A DNA stretch of 62,878 nt, taken from the NCBI GenBank assembly GCA_041640655.1, contig JBEPZV010000011.1, positions 1-62,878 on the forward strand, in the 5' to 3' direction. Position 1 is the first letter of the stretch, and each line of letters begins with the position of its first letter. This document shows, one piece after another, positions 53,690 through 62,878 of this stretch. The notes under the pieces are model-generated. The model was given only the letters and a program-made list of their open reading frames with translations. It was not told where the DNA came from and made no database searches. The position numbers were made by a program, and so were the translations under genes. This stretch comes from a bacterium. Its GTDB lineage: Bacteria > Acidobacteriota > Blastocatellia > HR10.

Positions 53690-56233
53690 TCACGAAGTGC
53701 CCTTGGCAGACGAAGAGGGAGGCGATGACTCCGCCACGTCGCGCTCCCACGAGAGCGTCGCCGATCCCATTCCCTCCGGGGCGTTCTCCGCAGGAGCCGG
53801 CTCACATTCCGCAGCGGACGACACGGATTCCGGCTGATCCGCATCAGGCCGCGAGGAGGCCACGCGCAAGAAGTCGAGGCTCGGCACCGCCTCATAATTG
53901 GCGTCCGCAGCCACCACCTCCTCCTCCCGGAAGCCGGGATAGGGGACGCGCTCGTGATAGAGCGTCCCCAACGTCTGAACGATCGTCTCCCGGATGCGCG
54001 TGAGATCGCGCATCCGAAGATTGCACTCATCGAATTGTCCGTCGGTCACCATGTCCTCAATGATCCGCCGCACGAGCGACCGAATCTTCTCCGGCGTGGG
54101 GCGTCGGAGCGAGCGCACAGCCGCTTCAGAGCTATCGCACATCATCACGATGGCCGCCTCGATCGTCTGCGGTTTCGGGCCCGGATAGCGAAAGCACCGT
54201 TCATCCACCGGTGTTCCCGAGACTGCGGCGCGCTCCAGCGCTTTCGCATAAAAGTAATGCAGGCGCCGTGTCCCATGATGCTGGGGGATGAGGTCCACGA
54301 TCTGCCGGGGCAAGCCATATTGCTCGGCCAAGCGCATCCCCTCGCTCACATGCTGAATGATCCGACGGGCGCTCTCCTCCGGCGGCCAGCGATCATGCGG
54401 ATTACTCCCCGCGCGTTGATTCTCGATATACAGGCTGGGATCGGCCAGCTTCCCCACATCGTGATAGTACGAGCCAACGCGCACCAGCAGCGCGTGCGCG
54501 CCGATGGCCTTGGCCGCCTCCTCAGCCAGCGTCGCGACGATGAGCGAGTGATGGTAGGTCCCTGGCGCCTCAATGGCCAAACGTTTGAGCAGTGGCAGCT
54601 CGACATTGGACAACTCCAGCAACTTCACGTCCGTGACGATGCCAAAGAGCGATTCGTTGATCGGCAGGGCGAACGCCGCCAGGGCCGCGGTCAGCAGTCC
54701 CCCGGTCACTCCACACACGGCGTTCCAGAGGATGGGACCGAGGACCATGCTCTGGCCCTGGCTCAGGAGCACCAGTCCGGTAGCTCCGAGGTTCGCCACC
54801 CCGATGATCAGGCCGGCGCGCGTGATCGTGTCCCGCCGCTGATACCGGCCGACGCCATAGACGGCCACGATATTCCCGATCGCGGCATAGAGTAACAACG
54901 AGAGGTCTCGCGCCAGCACACCGACGAGCAGCGAGACCAGTAACCCCACCACCAAGGCCAGGCGCGATTCCAGCAACACGGCGACCACAAGCGCCGCTGC
55001 CGCATAGGGGATGGCGAACTGATACCCCTCAGGGGAATCGAATGTCCCCAACCGATAGGCGATGCCACTGGAGATGGCCAGGCCCGCGCGTACGATGAAG
55101 AGCTGGGCGAAGATCGAGATCGCCGCCAGCAGGAAGATCTTGAGCGGCGTGAGGTAATAAACGCGCGTGCGCGCGGCGAAGCGCCAGAGCGCGTAATAGA
55201 ACACCAGGGAGATAACGCACAAACCGAGCGCCCGTCGGCCCGGACGCGCATCGGCCGCCTGCCGGCGCAACGCTTCCAAGGCGGCCTGAATCTGAGGAGT
55301 GACGATCTGTCCGCGAGCCGCGATCAACTGTCGCGGCACATAGCGCGTTGTGGCCACCAGGTGCGCCGTCGCGTGACGACGCAAGCGTTCGGTCAGGTCC
55401 TCGGCCAGCAGACAATTCACGCGCACAAGGTCGGCGAGCCAGGCGCCGTACAGTCGGGCGTCGGATTCGCTCAAGGAGCGCCGCACGGCCTGGCGCGCCT
55501 CCGTCAGCGGAATGACCTCGCTCGCCCGCACGCGGGGATGCTCCTGAAGGCGCTCGATCTCCTCCATCGGCTCCACCTGAGCCGGAACGATGCGCACCTC
55601 CCCGGTGAGATTCTCCGCCAACTCGCGCGGCTCACCATCGGGGCGAATATACCGACTCATGACGCTCTGAAGCGCCGCCTCCAGACGGGCGAGCACCGAC
55701 TCCCCGCTCTGCCCCAGCGCCCAGATCGAGATGATCTCATCTGTCAGCGGGAAAGGCGCTCCCTGAGCCCGAAGCGGAGCCACGACGTGCATCTCCAAAC
55801 GCGCCCGTATGCGACGACGCTTCAACTCCTCAGCGCTCAGCGCGCGCCTCCCGAAGCTGGCCTCCATCTGTTTGGCGAACTGCTCACGCCCGAGCGCGAA
55901 ATAGTCCCGCAAAGCCGATCGGGCGTCCTCGGCCCGATCCGGATAAAACCGGAAGATCGGCGGGATCTTCCGCGCTTCCTCCTGGCGCAATCGCGCCGTG
56001 CGCTCCGGGTCCACGACGATCAACTCCGTCGGCGCGACCACATCTGTCCGAAGCACTTCCCCCACCCGATACTGTGGAAACGCCGACAGCGGGAACCGCG
56101 CCACGAGCACCGCCGTCAGCGCGGCCAGAGGAGCCGCGCAGAGCCAGAACGCAACGCTTGGCGACGTGCGCCTGATGAGCCGCTCCCAGAAGCGCGCGGC
56201 CAAGGCCTCGATGTTCTCCCGAAGCTCCCTCAT
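53690..56233 (-). CDS. 7TM-HD (HDIG) phosphohydrolase, PgpH-like
   Basis: Large extracellular domain, 7 TM segments and motifs [20 protein letters not shown] and YPGPKP. Confidence 0.9.
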   Translation of the reverse strand: MRELRENIEALAARFWERLIRRTSPSVAFWLCAAPLAALTAVLVARFPLSAFPQYRVGEVLRTDVVAPTELIVVDPERTARLRQEEARKIPPIFRFYPDRAEDARSALRDYFALGREQFAKQMEASFGRRALSAEELKRRRIRARLEMHVVAPLRAQGAPFPLTDEIISIWALGQSGESVLARLEAALQSVMSRYIRPDGEPRELAENLTGEVRIVPAQVEPMEEIERLQEHPRVRASEVIPLTEARQAVRRSLSESDARLYGAWLADLVRVNCLLAEDLTERLRRHATAHLVATTRYVPRQLIAARGQIVTPQIQAALEALRRQAADARPGRRALGLCVISLVFYYALWRFAARTRVYYLTPLKIFLLAAISIFAQLFIVRAGLAISSGIAYRLGTFDSPEGYQFAIPYAAAALVVAVLLESRLALVVGLLVSLLVGVLARDLSLLLYAAIGNIVAVYGVGRYQRRDTITRAGLIIGVANLGATGLVLLSQGQSMVLGPILWNAVCGVTGGLLTAALAAFALPINESLFGIVTDVKLLELSNVELPLLKRLAIEAPGTYHHSLIVATLAEEAAKAIGAHALLVRVGSYYHDVGKLADPSLYIENQRAGSNPHDRWPPEESARRIIQHVSEGMRLAEQYGLPRQIVDLIPQHHGTRRLHYFYAKALERAAVSGTPVDERCFRYPGPKPQTIEAAIVMMCDSSEAAVRSLRRPTPEKIRSLVRRIIEDMVTDGQFDECNLRMRDLTRIRETIVQTLGTLYHERVPYPGFREEEVVAADANYEAVPSLDFLRVASSRPDADQPESVSSAAECEPAPAENAPEGMGSATLSWERDVAESSPPSSSAKGTS

Positions 56234-57930
56234 GCGCGCACGCCCACCAACGTCTCTCCGAAGAGTTCATCCGCTCCCCCACATCGTCCCAACTGCTCCG
56301 CGATCCGCTCCAGCAACTCCCCGAGCGTCTCCGCATGAAGGGCCGAGATGGCGAGCGCGCCATAGCTGCGACAGAGGTTGCGCAAGATCTCCGGGGCCAC
56401 CAGGTCGCTCTTATTGAAGACGAGCAAGCGGGGGATCTGTCCCAGATGCAACTCCCGCAACGTCGCCTCCACCGTCTCGATATGCCGTTCAATGTGCGGG
56501 CTGCTGGCGTCCACCAGGTGAATGAGGAGATCCGAATCGGCGATCTCCTCCAACGTCGCCCGGAAGGCGCGGAGCACATCCGGTGGGAGATGACGAATGA
56601 ACCCCACCGTATCCGAGAGGATGATCTCCCGCCCCTGCGGCAAGCGCAAGCGGCGGCTCGTGGGATCGAGCGTCGCGAACATCCGCTCCTCGGCGAGCAC
56701 ACAGGAGCGCGTCAGCGTGTTCAGGAGCGTGGACTTCCCCGCATTCGTGTAGCCGACGATGGAGACGACCGGAATCTGCGCGCGCCGCCGCCGCTGACGC
56801 CGCTGCTCCCGCTCCGTGCGAAGCGCGGCGATTTGCTCCTCCAGATGCCGAATGCGCTCGCGAATCCGTCGCCGATCCATCTCCAGCTTCGTCTCCCCCG
56901 GACCGCGCCCGCCGATGCCGCCGGTCAACCGCGAGAGTCCCGTATCGGCATCGGTCAATCGCGGCAGCAGGTAGCGGAGCTGCGCCAGCTCGACCTGCAA
57001 CTTCCCCTCTCGCGAACGCGCCCGCTGCGCGAAGATGTCCAGGATGAGCTGCGGACGATCGAGGATCTTCAAATCCGTGGCCGCATTGATGGCGCGCACC
57101 TGTCCCGGTGTCAGACTCTGATCGAAGATGATCATATCCGCACCGAGCTGCAGCGCGCGAGTGAGGACCTCCCGCAGTTTCCCCTTCCCGATGAGGAACT
57201 TCGGGTCATACGCCTTGCGCCGTTGCACGAGGGCATCCAGGACGACGACGCCCGCTGAATCGCTCAACTGCCGAAGCTCCTCGAGCGACTCCTCGGCCTC
57301 GGCCAGAGACCCCGTCGTCACACTCACCAAGAGCGCCCGCTCGCGCTCATCCTGCGGATGCGCCAGGCGGCGATTGCGCGCCAGCTCCTCCTCGAGCGAC
57401 TGGATCAGCTCCAGGAAATTCACCGAGAGGTGACCGGGCGGTTTGGGCTCGAGCAGCTGAAATCGAGACGCGAAGGAGGCGCTCCTCCCATCGGCGTCCC
57501 CCGGCTGCGCCGGCATCAGATGCGCCACGTGCACGCGCGCCGGAACGCCCGTCTCGGTCACCTCCACGATCGCCATCACGTCCAGCCGCAGCAGCGCCAG
57601 GTCCGTCAGATCGTCTTCCGTGAAGGATTCGCCATTGAGGTGCGTGTGGATGCAGCGAAGCCCGCAAAATCGCCCGCTGGAGGTCCGAACGCGCCGCAGA
57701 TCCGGCCAGACGATCTGACGCGCATCTCCGACGACGACGTACTCGATCCGCCCTTTACGATCCACGAGAATCCCCACCTGCCGATGCATCTCATAGGAGA
57801 GCTCGGCGAGGGTGCGCGCCAACTCCGGCGTGATGATTTGGTCCGGGGGAAGGCGGCGATGAGAGAGGCGTTCCAATCGCCGCCGATGGCTCGCCTTCAA
57901 TCCGTGCGTCTGACCGAAGACCGTTCCGAT
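56230..57930 (-). CDS. hflX: GTPase HflX, long form; probable ATC start codon
   Basis: Motifs GPGETKLE, GYTNAGKS, FATLDPT, DTVGFI and NKSD; SD GGAGGT lies 8 nt before an in-frame ATC at 57930. Confidence 0.93.
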   Translation of the reverse strand: MGTVFGQTHGLKASHRRRLERLSHRRLPPDQIITPELARTLAELSYEMHRQVGILVDRKGRIEYVVVGDARQIVWPDLRRVRTSSGRFCGLRCIHTHLNGESFTEDDLTDLALLRLDVMAIVEVTETGVPARVHVAHLMPAQPGDADGRSASFASRFQLLEPKPPGHLSVNFLELIQSLEEELARNRRLAHPQDERERALLVSVTTGSLAEAEESLEELRQLSDSAGVVVLDALVQRRKAYDPKFLIGKGKLREVLTRALQLGADMIIFDQSLTPGQVRAINAATDLKILDRPQLILDIFAQRARSREGKLQVELAQLRYLLPRLTDADTGLSRLTGGIGGRGPGETKLEMDRRRIRERIRHLEEQIAALRTEREQRRQRRRRAQIPVVSIVGYTNAGKSTLLNTLTRSCVLAEERMFATLDPTSRRLRLPQGREIILSDTVGFIRHLPPDVLRAFRATLEEIADSDLLIHLVDASSPHIERHIETVEATLRELHLGQIPRLLVFNKSDLVAPEILRNLCRSYGALAISALHAETLGELLERIAEQLGRCGGADELFGETLVGVRA

Positions 57931-58115
57931 AGGCCGTGACCTCCCAGATCAACCTCACCGAGCGAACACGCGTCGCCCGCACTCCGGCCCTCATCGGCCG
58001 AAGCATGAGGTATTGTACCACCCTGGGCAACCCCGGGGCGAGAGGGAAGGACGAGCGAGCGCCCAGCTTGACGCCGACCGCGTGGCCCCTTTAGACTTCC
58101 CCCTCGCATGCGGGA

Positions 58116-58961
58116 GTGACGATGAGATCTGAATTCCCAAGCCACCTTCCCTGTACGGTCCTCATCACGCGGCCACGCGATCAGGCGGAGGAGTTGGCCG
58201 ACCTCCTTCGTGATGCGGGCGCGCACCCTGTGATCTTTCCGACGATCGAGATCGCTCCCCCTCAGTCGTGGGACGCGTGCGATGAGCGCATCCGGCGGAT
58301 CGCCGACTACACCGATGTGATTTTCACGAGCCCGAATGCCGTCCGCTTCTTTCTGGAGCGGTGCGCGCGCTTCTTCGATCTCGCGCATCTGCGCGCGCGC
58401 ACCTTCCACGCCGTGGGGCCGAAGACGGCGGAAGCGATCGCGGCCTATGGCCTCACCACAGCTCCCCTGCCCGAGGCGTTCGATGCCGCGCATCTGGCGG
58501 CGGCGCTCGCCTTGGAGCCGACGGCGCCGCAGCGCCGCTTCCTCTTCCCGAGAGGCGACCTGGCGGAGGAGACCCTCCTGTGCCGATTGCGAGCGGCCGG
58601 CCTCTTGGTGGATGACGTCATCGTGTATCGAACCGTGAAGCCTGATCCCCCTCCGGAAGTGCGACAGGCCGTCTGGGCGGCGCTCGCGCGCGGGGAGATT
58701 CACGTCGTCGCCTTCTTCAGTCCCTCCAGCGTGCGGAATTTCCTGGAATTCTTCCCGAACTTCCCGGCGCTCTTCCGCGAGCCGCAGGTGCGCCCGCCCA
58801 AGATCGCCGTGATTGGCGAGACGACGGCACGCGCGTGTCAGGCGGCGGGGCTGCCCGTGCATCTTCGCCCCGAGGCGATGTCGGGCATCCCTCCGACACA
58901 AGCGCTCGTCCGGGCGATCCTTCGAACATGCCGCGCGGAGAGGTCCGATGAAGCCGCTTGA
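58116..58961 (+). CDS. hemD: Uroporphyrinogen-III synthase
   Basis: Motifs VLITRP, FTSPNAV, VGPKTA, VYRT and FFSPSSV; promoter TTGACG-18-TAGACT upstream. Confidence 0.9.
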   Translation: MTMRSEFPSHLPCTVLITRPRDQAEELADLLRDAGAHPVIFPTIEIAPPQSWDACDERIRRIADYTDVIFTSPNAVRFFLERCARFFDLAHLRARTFHAVGPKTAEAIAAYGLTTAPLPEAFDAAHLAAALALEPTAPQRRFLFPRGDLAEETLLCRLRAAGLLVDDVIVYRTVKPDPPPEVRQAVWAALARGEIHVVAFFSPSSVRNFLEFFPNFPALFREPQVRPPKIAVIGETTARACQAAGLPVHLRPEAMSGIPPTQALVRAILRTCRAERSDEAA

Positions 58962-60033
58962 GAATGACCTCTTCCTGAAGGCGTGCCGGCGAGAGCCGAC
59001 CGAGCGCACGCCCATCTGGCTGATGCGCCAGGCGGGACGCTACTTGCCCTCCTATCAAGCGCTGCGCCAGCGCTACGATTTCCTCACGCTCTGCCGCACG
59101 CCGGAACTGGCGGCCGAAGTCACCCTCCAGCCTGTCGAACAGCTTGACGTTGACGCCGCCATCCTCTTCTCGGACATCCTCGTCGTTCCTGAAGCGATGG
59201 GACTCACGGTGCGCCTTGAGGACGGCCTTGGACCACAGATCGAGCATCCCGTGCGCACGGCTGCTGATGTCGCCCGCCTTGTGATCCCCGATCCGCACGA
59301 GAAGCTCGGCTATGTCCTGGAAGCCGTTCACGCGACGCTGGAGCGCTTGCGCGGGCGCGTGCCGCTGATCGGATTCGCCGGAGCCCCGTGGACACTCTTG
59401 GCCTACATGGTCGAAGGCAGCGGGACGGGAGATTTTCGGCGCGCGCGGGTGTTCATTCGCGAAGCTCCGGATGTGGCGCACGCGCTTTTGGAGAAGATCG
59501 CGCACGCCGTCGCGCGCTTCCTGCGGGCTCAGATCGAGGCGGGCGTGCACGCCGTGCAGCTCTTCGATACGTGGGCCGGACTTCTCGACCCCGACTCCTT
59601 CGCAGAGTTCGCGCTCGCGGGGGTGCGCCGCGTCATCCGGGAGCTCAAGGCCGCCGGATGCGATGACGTCCCCATCCTGCTCTTCTCGCGCGGGACGGCC
59701 GCGTGGACGGAGACCCTCGCGGAGACGGGCGCCGATGTCCTGAGCCTGGATTGGACCTGCGACCTCGCGCGCGCTCGTCAACAGGTCGGCGATCGCGTCG
59801 CCCTTCAGGGGAATTTGGATCCGATTGCGCTGCTCGCCTCGCCCGACATCGTCGTCCGGGAAGCTCGGCGCGTGCTCGCCCGATTCGGCCCCGGCTCGGG
59901 GCACATCTTCAACCTCGGGCACGGCGTGTTGCCGGAGACTCCAGTCGAGAACGTGCGTCGGCTCGTGGACACCGTCAAGCGCGAGAGTCCAAAATATCAT
60001 GTCGAGGATCGGGAGGAGCCGATGCTCGACTGA
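58948..60033 (+). CDS. hemE: Uroporphyrinogen decarboxylase
   Basis: Motifs PIWLMRQAGRY, FSDIL, GFAGAPWT and FNLGHG. Confidence 0.96.
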   Translation: MKPLENDLFLKACRREPTERTPIWLMRQAGRYLPSYQALRQRYDFLTLCRTPELAAEVTLQPVEQLDVDAAILFSDILVVPEAMGLTVRLEDGLGPQIEHPVRTAADVARLVIPDPHEKLGYVLEAVHATLERLRGRVPLIGFAGAPWTLLAYMVEGSGTGDFRRARVFIREAPDVAHALLEKIAHAVARFLRAQIEAGVHAVQLFDTWAGLLDPDSFAEFALAGVRRVIRELKAAGCDDVPILLFSRGTAAWTETLAETGADVLSLDWTCDLARARQQVGDRVALQGNLDPIALLASPDIVVREARRVLARFGPGSGHIFNLGHGVLPETPVENVRRLVDTVKRESPKYHVEDREEPMLD

Positions 60034-60085
60034 CGAGCGACTGAGCCTCGTGTGAGAGCATCGCCGTGAATCAGGAGCCGCCGAC

Positions 60086-61474
60086 ATGAAGAGTCTGGAA
60101 TTCGTCGAACTGGACCTGCTTCGGAAATACGATCGACCGGGACCGCGCTACACGAGTTATCCTCCGGCTCCGGCCTTCACGCCGGAGTTCGGACCGGAGG
60201 AGTTCCGGCGCGCCATTGTGGAGAACAACGTCGCACGGGCGACCGCCGATCTCTCGCTCTATGTTCATATCCCGTTTTGCGATACGCTCTGCTACTTTTG
60301 CGGCTGCACGATGTTGGTGACGCATCGGCCCGAGACGATCCGAAAGTACCTGGATCATCTGGAGCAGGAGATCGCCATGCTGCGCGCCTGGATCGCTCCC
60401 GAGCGAAAGGTCACGCAACTGCACTGGGGAGGCGGTACCCCTTCCTACTTGCGCCCGGAGGAGATCCGCGAACTGGCCGGATTCATCGCCGAGCGCTTCC
60501 CCTACGCGGAGGATCCCGAGATCGGCGTGGAGATTGATCCGCGCGGGCTCACCGTCGAGCACATGCGGGCCTTTCGCGAGAGTGGGTTCAATCGGGTGAG
60601 CATGGGCGTGCAAGATTTCGACCCCATGGTCCAGCAAGCCGTCAACCGCATCCAACCGGAGGAGGTCACGCGCCGCGCTCTCGAGTGGGCGCGCGAGCTG
60701 GGCTTCCGCAGCATCAACCTGGACCTCATCTACGGCCTTCCCTTCCAGACGCTTGATTCCTTCGCGCGCACGTTGGAGACGGTGATCGAGCTCTCCCCCG
60801 ATCGGCTCGCTGTCTTCAACTTCGCGTACGTGCCGTGGCTCAAGCCGCATCAGCGGTTGATCCGACCGGAGGACCTTCCCCCGCCGGAGACGAAGCTGCG
60901 GTTGCTGAAGTTGACCATCGAGACCTTGAGCCAGGCCGGATATGTCTACATCGGCATGGATCATTTCGCGAAGCCGGAGGACGAGCTGGCGCGCGCGCAA
61001 CGGGAGAAGACGCTCTATCGCAACTTCCAGGGCTACTCGACGCGCGCCGGCGCTGACCTCTATGCCTTCGGCATGTCGGCCATCAGTCAGTTCGATCGCA
61101 TCTACGCGCAGAACTTCAAAGAGCTGAAGGCGTACTATGCCCGGATCGAGGCCGGGACACCGGCGACGGCGCTCGGGTACCGGCTGACGGATGATGACGT
61201 CGTGCGCCGCCACGTCATCATGCGGCTGATGTGCGATATGGAGCTGACGAAGGCCGACGTGGAGCGAACCTTCGGCATCCGCTTCGATGAGTATTTCGCC
61301 GATGCGCTCCCGAAGCTGGAGGAGTTCGTCGCCGATGGCCTGCTGCGAATCACCGAGGAGAAACTCATCGTCACGGATCTCGGCCGGTTGGTCATCCGCA
61401 ACATCGCCATGTGCTTCGATGCGCACCTGGAGCGGATGATGCGCGAGCGGCCGATCTTCTCGCGAACCGTGTGA
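60086..61474 (+). CDS. hemN: Oxygen-independent coproporphyrinogen III oxidase
   Basis: Motifs GPRYTSYP, CDTLCYFCGC, GGGTP and RNFQGYS. Confidence 0.96.
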   Translation: MKSLEFVELDLLRKYDRPGPRYTSYPPAPAFTPEFGPEEFRRAIVENNVARATADLSLYVHIPFCDTLCYFCGCTMLVTHRPETIRKYLDHLEQEIAMLRAWIAPERKVTQLHWGGGTPSYLRPEEIRELAGFIAERFPYAEDPEIGVEIDPRGLTVEHMRAFRESGFNRVSMGVQDFDPMVQQAVNRIQPEEVTRRALEWARELGFRSINLDLIYGLPFQTLDSFARTLETVIELSPDRLAVFNFAYVPWLKPHQRLIRPEDLPPPETKLRLLKLTIETLSQAGYVYIGMDHFAKPEDELARAQREKTLYRNFQGYSTRAGADLYAFGMSAISQFDRIYAQNFKELKAYYARIEAGTPATALGYRLTDDDVVRRHVIMRLMCDMELTKADVERTFGIRFDEYFADALPKLEEFVADGLLRITEEKLIVTDLGRLVIRNIAMCFDAHLERMMRERPIFSRTV

Positions 61475-61500
61475 CCGCGAGCCTTCGCCCGGAGGTCGCC

Positions 61501-62508
61501 ATGCCCGAGCACGGCATCATCCTGTTCAACCTGGGCGGACCGGATTCGCTGCGCGCCGTTGAACCGTTCCTCTTCAATCTCTTCTCCGATCCGGACATCT
61601 TCCGCGTGCCGATGGGGCGGCTGTGGCAGCGTCCGCTGGCGCGCGCGATCGCGAAATGGCGCGCTCGCGCCGTCGCCCGCCACTATGCGCAGATCGGCGG
61701 ACGCTCCCCGCTTCGGGAATGGACCGAGCGTCAGGCCGAGCGTCTGGAACGAAAGCTCCGCGCGCATCTGGAATGTCGCGTCTACATCGGCATGCGCTAC
61801 TGGCATCCGTTGATCGAGGAGGCCGTCCGAGCGGCGCTCGCTGACGGCGTCCGCGCGCTCACGCTCGTGCCGCTCTATCCGCAATTCTCCTTCACGACGA
61901 CGGGCTCCAGCTTGAACGAATTCCAGCGGGTATGGCAGCGATACGGTTCCCCCCCGATCCCCATCACCACGATCCGCAGCTATCCCGATCATCCCCTCTA
62001 TGTGCGCGCCGTGAGCGAACGGATCGAGGAAGCCGTTGGTCGCCACCACCTGCACGCGCATTCGGCCTGGGCGCTCATCTTCAGCGCGCACAGTCTGCCT
62101 GTGCGCTTCATCGAGGATGGCGATCCGTACCTGGAGGAGACGAGGCGATCGGTCGAAGCCGTCCTCGCTCATCTGCGCACCGAGAGTGAGCATCGCGACA
62201 TCTACGCCCGTGTCCCCACCGCGCTCGCGTTTCAAAGCCGGGTCGGGCCGGTTCGGTGGCTCGAGCCGTCCACCGTGGAGGTCGTGAAGCAGTTCGCGCG
62301 CCAGGGGGTGCGAGACCTCGTCCTCGTTCCCATCAGCTTCGTCTCCGATCACATCGAGACGCTCTACGAGCTGGGGCATGAAGTTCGAGAGATCGCCCGC
62401 GCACACGGCGTGCGTACATTCGCTTTGGTCGAGGCATTGAACGATTCGGAGACGTTCGCCGACGCGCTGGCGGCGATCGTACTCGAGGCGCTCGACCATG
62501 GGACCTGA
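61501..62508 (+). CDS. hemH: Ferrochelatase
   Basis: Motifs NLGGP, IGGRSPL, MRYWHP, PLYPQFS, SAHSLP and DHIETLYE. Confidence 0.95.
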   Translation: MPEHGIILFNLGGPDSLRAVEPFLFNLFSDPDIFRVPMGRLWQRPLARAIAKWRARAVARHYAQIGGRSPLREWTERQAERLERKLRAHLECRVYIGMRYWHPLIEEAVRAALADGVRALTLVPLYPQFSFTTTGSSLNEFQRVWQRYGSPPIPITTIRSYPDHPLYVRAVSERIEEAVGRHHLHAHSAWALIFSAHSLPVRFIEDGDPYLEETRRSVEAVLAHLRTESEHRDIYARVPTALAFQSRVGPVRWLEPSTVEVVKQFARQGVRDLVLVPISFVSDHIETLYELGHEVREIARAHGVRTFALVEALNDSETFADALAAIVLEALDHGT

Positions 62509-62878
62509 AGTCGCGATCATCGGAGCCGGCATTTCGGGATTGAGCGTCGCATTCTTCCTGAAGCGAGCGGGCGTTGGCGTCCTGGTCCTCGAAGCCGAGG
62601 AAGACGTCGGAGGGACCATGCGAAGCCGGCGCCTCAACGGATACCTGGTCGAGCTGGGGCCGAATAGCGCTCTGGAGACGACGCCGCTCTTTCAGGAGCT
62701 GATCGCGGCCGCCGGATTGGCGGATGAGCGGGTGTACGCGTCCGAGGCCGCGCGGAACCGATACATCTTTCGCGGCGGAGAACTGCACCCGCTGCCTCTG
62801 ACGCCCTTGGCCGTTCTGCGGAGCCGGCTCTGGAGTTGGAAGGGGAAGCTGCGCGTGCTCGCCGAACCGTTTCACGGC
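62498..62878 (+). CDS. hemG: HemY-type FAD-dependent porphyrinogen oxidase (3'-partial)
   Basis: ATG 62498 begins MGPEVAIIGAGISGLSVA...VLEAEEDVGG...ELGPNS. It is absent from the ORF track because it runs off the window. Confidence 0.9.
   Translation, partial: MGPEVAIIGAGISGLSVAFFLKRAGVGVLVLEAEEDVGGTMRSRRLNGYLVELGPNSALETTPLFQELIAAAGLADERVYASEAARNRYIFRGGELHPLPLTPLAVLRSRLWSWKGKLRVLAEPFHG

Noticed and set aside
53641..54030. N-terminal extensions of pyk, and likewise the long calls for prfA, cbs, hemE, hemH and lspA
   Set aside because: They overlap neighbouring genes, and family homology starts at the downstream ATGs reported.

Overview
High-GC bacterial chromosomal window, mostly housekeeping genes. 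Gene content suggests a thermophilic Acidobacteriota/Blastocatellia-like organism, but that is inference only. In order: the 3' part of a compositionally atypical secreted beta-helix gene; an ~8 kb nitric-oxide-stress block (ywiC-like, two hemerythrins, a DUF1858-NnrS-DUF1858 protein, an 80-aa membrane peptide, qNor, DinB, YciI) bracketed by two inverted ~300-bp REP-like composite repeats and carrying two copies of one CRP/FNR-type promoter; a Cys-rich PAS sigma-54 activator; an ABC solute-binding protein; a methylmalonyl-CoA mutase large subunit; convergent tRNA-Leu(CAA) and tRNA-Gly(CCC); hppA; a 3D-domain protein; a full-length NrdD homologue lacking its radical and catalytic residues; gltX; ytxH-ileS-lspA-lgt; a winged-helix/PD-(D/E)XK-like nuclease gene overlapping a divergent mutS; lepA; a ROK kinase; an EF-G paralogue; rdgB; a split NAD synthetase; an AlbA_2 protein; a TPR protein; a lipid kinase; guaB; prfA; rpmE; cystathionine beta-synthase; btpA; ArsA/GET3; pyk; a 7TM-HD hydrolase; hflX with a probable ATC start; and hemD-hemE-hemN-hemH-hemY (truncated at the window edge). 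The best candidates for undescribed biology are the nuclease + divergent MutS two-gene unit and the apparently catalytically dead NrdD. All family calls come from motif recognition by eye; no database searches were run.
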